A stretch of 64,000 bases of DNA from Tubulanus polymorphus (taxonomy: Eukaryota > Animalia > Nemertea): contig NC_134027.1 of assembly GCF_964204645.1 (NCBI RefSeq), forward strand, positions 744,001 to 808,000, in the 5' to 3' direction. This document shows positions 60,301 to 64,000 of this stretch, one piece after another. Under the pieces are notes generated by a model, which saw only the letters and a list, made by a program, of their open reading frames with translations, made no database searches and was not told the DNA's origin. Positions within the stretch are counted from its first letter, which is position 1, and every line of letters starts with the position of its first letter. Position numbers and translations under genes: made by a program.

Positions 60301-63300
60301 AATCATTGAAATGTCGCTGGTGTTGGTTCTGTGTATATATTGTAGCAGCAAATTATTATTATATTACGGATTTTAAAGGTGTTATACTCAAAGATGCTAT
60401 TGTTTGATAGCTTCACTTTGGTTCCTTGCACTTGGAGGTTATTAACGGTCATGTAGAAACGTGACAAACAAACTAAATTGTCAGTGTGGTATAACACTGA
60501 TGACCTCCTTTAATACTGCTGCTTGCTGCTGGGTGTTAATTAATACACTCTGTTTTGGGGTAATATTGAGTTCAGGAGTCTCCTCCTTCCTTCTTCAACT
60601 GTCATGTAGAAACGTGACAAACAAACTGAATTGTCAGTGTGTTACAACACTGATGACCTCCTTTAATACTGCTGCTTGCTGCTGCGTGTTAATTGATACA
60701 TTCTGTTCAGGGGTGATATTGAGTGCAGGAGTCTCCTCCTTCCTTCTTCAACTGTCATGTAGAAACGTGACAAACCAACTGAATTGTCAGTGTGTTACAA
60801 CACTGATGACCTCCTTTAATACTGCAGCTTGCTGCTGCGTGTTAATTAATACACTCTGTTATGGGGTGATATTGAGTTTGGGCGAGTTATGCTTCCTGAT
60901 CGTCCTCATTACAACTTAACATTTTAAATGTATAAATATTCAAAACAGCTATCCATCGATAGCTTTGTGGTGGTTGAATCATTGAAATGTTGCTGGTGTT
61001 GGTTCTGTGTATATATTGTAATATATGTCGGTGAATTGGGATTGATTATGTTTCCTGATCGTCCTCATTACGACTTTACGTTTTAAATGTATAAATATTC
61101 AAACAGCTATCCATCGATAGCTTTGTGGTGGTTGAATCATTGAAATGTCGCTGGTGTTGGTTCTGCATATATATTGTAGTATATGTCGGTGAATTGGGAT
61201 TGATTATGTTTCCTGATCGTCCTCATTACGACTTTACGTTTTAAATGTATAAATATTCAAAACAGCTATCCATCGATAGCTTTGTGGTGGTTGAATCATT
61301 GAAATGTCGCTGGTGTTGGTTCTGCGTATATATTGTAATATATGTCGGTGAATTGGGATTGATTATGTTTCCTGATCGTCCTCATTACGACTTTACGTTT
61401 TAAATGTATAAATATTCAAAACAGCTATCCATCGATAGCTTTGTGGTGGTTGAATCATTGAAATGTCGCTGGTGTTGGTCCTGTGTATATATTGTAATAT
61501 ATGTCGGTGAATTGGGACTGATTATGTTTCCTGATCGTCCTTATTGCGACTCTACGTTTTAAATGTATAAATATTCAAAACAGCTATCCATCGATAGCTT
61601 TGTGGTGGCTGAATCATTGAAATGTCGCTGGTGTTGGTTCTGTGTATATATTGTAGCAGCAAATTATTATTATATTACGGATTTTAAAGGTGTTATACTC
61701 AAAGATGCTATTGTTTGATAGCTTCACTTTGGTTCCTTGCACTTGGAGGTTATTAACTGTCATGTAGAAACGTGACAAACAAACTAAATTGTCAGTGTGT
61801 TACAACACTGATGACCTCCTTTAATACTGCTGCTTGCTGCTGGGTGTTAATTAATACACTCTGTTTTGGGGTAATATTGAGTTCAGGAGTCTCCTCCTTC
61901 CTTCTTCAACTGTCATGTAGAAACGTGACAAACAAACTGAATTGTCAGTTTGTTACAACACTGATGGCCTCCTTTAATACTGCTGCTTGGTGCTGGTTGT
62001 TAATTGATACATTCTGTTCAGGGGTGATATTGAGTGCAGGAGTCTCCTCCTTCCTTCTTCAGTTGTCACGTAGAAACGTGACAAAAAAACTGAATTATCA
62101 GTTTGGTACAACACTGATGGCCTCCTTCAATACTGCACGTTGCTGGTGCGTGTTAATTCTTACCTCCTTTCCTGAACTTCTTGAATTATTACATTAAACA
62201 TTATTACAATAAGACTAATTACATTAAACATTATAACATCATAAATCATCCTCCTTAAATACTGCCGCTTGCTGCTGGCTCTGTTTTGGGGTGATATTGA
62301 ATTCAGGAGTCTCCTCTTTCCTGCTTCAATTGCCATGTAGAAACGTGACAAACAAACTGAATTGTCAGTGTGTTCCAACACTGATGACCTCCTTTGATAC
62401 TGCTGCTTGCTGCTGGCTTTGTTTTTGGAGTGATATTGAAATCAGGAGTCTCCTCCTTCCTTCTTCAACTGTCATGTCGAAACGTGACAAACAAACTGAA
62501 TTGTCAGTGTGTTACAACACTGATGACCTGCTTTAATACTGCTGCTTGCTGCTGGCTTTGTTTTGGGGTGATATTGAAATCAGGAGTCTCCTCCTTCCTT
62601 CTTCAACTGTCATGTCGAAACGTGACAAACAAACTGAATTGTCAGTGTGTTACAACACTGATGACCTCCTTTAATACTGCTGCTTGGTGCTGGGTGTTAA
62701 TTGATACACTCTGTTCTGGAGTGATATTGAGTGCAGGAGTCTCCTCCTTCCTTCATCAATTGTCATGTCGAAACGTGACAAACAAACTGAATTGTCAGTG
62801 TGTTACAACACTGATGACCTCCTTTAATACTGCTGCTTGCTGCTGGGTGTTAATTAATACACTCTGTTTTGGAGTGATATTGAGTGCAGGAGTCTCCTCC
62901 TTCCTTCTTCAATTGTCATGTAGAAACGTGACAAACAAACTGAATTGTCAGTGTGTTACAACACTGATGACCTCCTTTAATACTGCTGCTTGCTGCTTGG
63001 TGTTAACTAATACACTCTGTTTTGGGGTGATATTGAGTGCAGGAGTCTCCTCCTTCCTTCTTCAATTGTCATGTAGAAACGTGACAAACAAACTGAATTG
63101 CCAGTGTGTTACAACACTGATGACCTCCTTTAATACTGCAGCTTGCTGCTGCGTGTTAATTGATACACTCTGTTTTGGGGTGATATTGAGTGCAGGAGTC
63201 TCCTCCTTCCTTCTTCAATTGTCATGTAGAAACGTGACAAACAAACTGAATTGCCAGTGTGTTACAACACTGATGACCTCCTTTAATACTGCAGCTTGCT

Positions 63301-64000
63301 GCTGCGTGTTAATTAATACACTCTGTTATGGGGTGATATTGAGTTTGGGCGAGTTATGCTTCCTGATCGTCCTCATTACAACTTAACATTTTAAATGTAT
63401 GAATATTCAAAACAGCTATCCATCGATAGCTTTGTGGTGGTTGAATCATTGAAATGTCGCTGGTGTTGGTTCAGTGTATATATTGTAATATATATCAGTT
63501 AATTGGGACTGATTATGTTTCCTGATCGTCCTTATTGCGACTTTACGTTTTAAATGTATAAATATTCAAAACAGCTGTCCATCGATAGCTTTGTGGTGGT
63601 TGAATCTTTGAAATGTCGCTGGTGTTGGTTCTGTGTATATATATATATTGTAATATGTATCGGTGAATTGGGATTGACTAGTTTCCTGATCGTCCTCATT
63701 ACAACTTAACATTTTAAATGTATAAATATTCAAAACAGCTATCCATCGATAGCTTTGTGGTGGTTGAATCATTGAAATGTCGCTGGTGTTGGTCCTGTGT
63801 ATATATTGTAATATATGTCGGTGAATTGGGATCGATTATGTTTCCTGATCGTCCTTTTTGCGACTTTACGTTTTAAATGTATAAATATTCAAAACAGCTA
63901 TCCATCGATAGCTTTGTGGTGGTTGAATCATTGAAATGTCGCTGGTGTTGGTTCTGTGTATATATTGTAATATATGTTGGTGAATTGGGATTGATTATAT
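57340..64000. repeat. Composite satellite: 153-bp unit A blocks (~57340-59090, 60447-60880, 61758-63347) alternating with 159-bp unit B blocks (~59090-60342, 60880-61653, 63347-64000+)
   Basis: Unit A contains ctgatgacctcctttaatactgctgc; unit B contains aacagctatccatcgatagctttgtgg. The A-to-B junction (gagtttgggcgagttatgcttcctg) recurs 3 times and a ~105-bp B-to-A linker recurs at 60342 and 61653. Confidence 0.96.

Overview
AT-rich, intron-containing eukaryotic DNA, most likely from an invertebrate animal. It holds two clearly recognisable genes arranged head-to-head around a shared ~0.3 kb promoter. On the - strand is a SMAP1/2-type ArfGAP whose CDS has no introns (25362-26762). On the + strand is an 8-exon MiT/TFE (MITF/TFEB-like) bHLH-Zip gene (27808-39292, ~494 aa) with two further in-frame candidate alternative first exons. 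A candidate 3-exon orphan gene (~151 aa) with a textbook GC/CCAAT/CRE/TATA promoter lies at 42696-47520. At 14095-18140 there is an array of ~14 short, mutually related exons with well-kept splice signals and no evident ORF (candidate multi-exon lncRNA). The rest is dense in minisatellites and satellites (some with higher-order structure), MITEs, SINE/LINE fragments, a 600-bp-arm inverted repeat and a local segmental duplication. No CRISPR array, rRNA or intact tRNA is supported. All exon models were read by eye and are not confirmed by transcript data.
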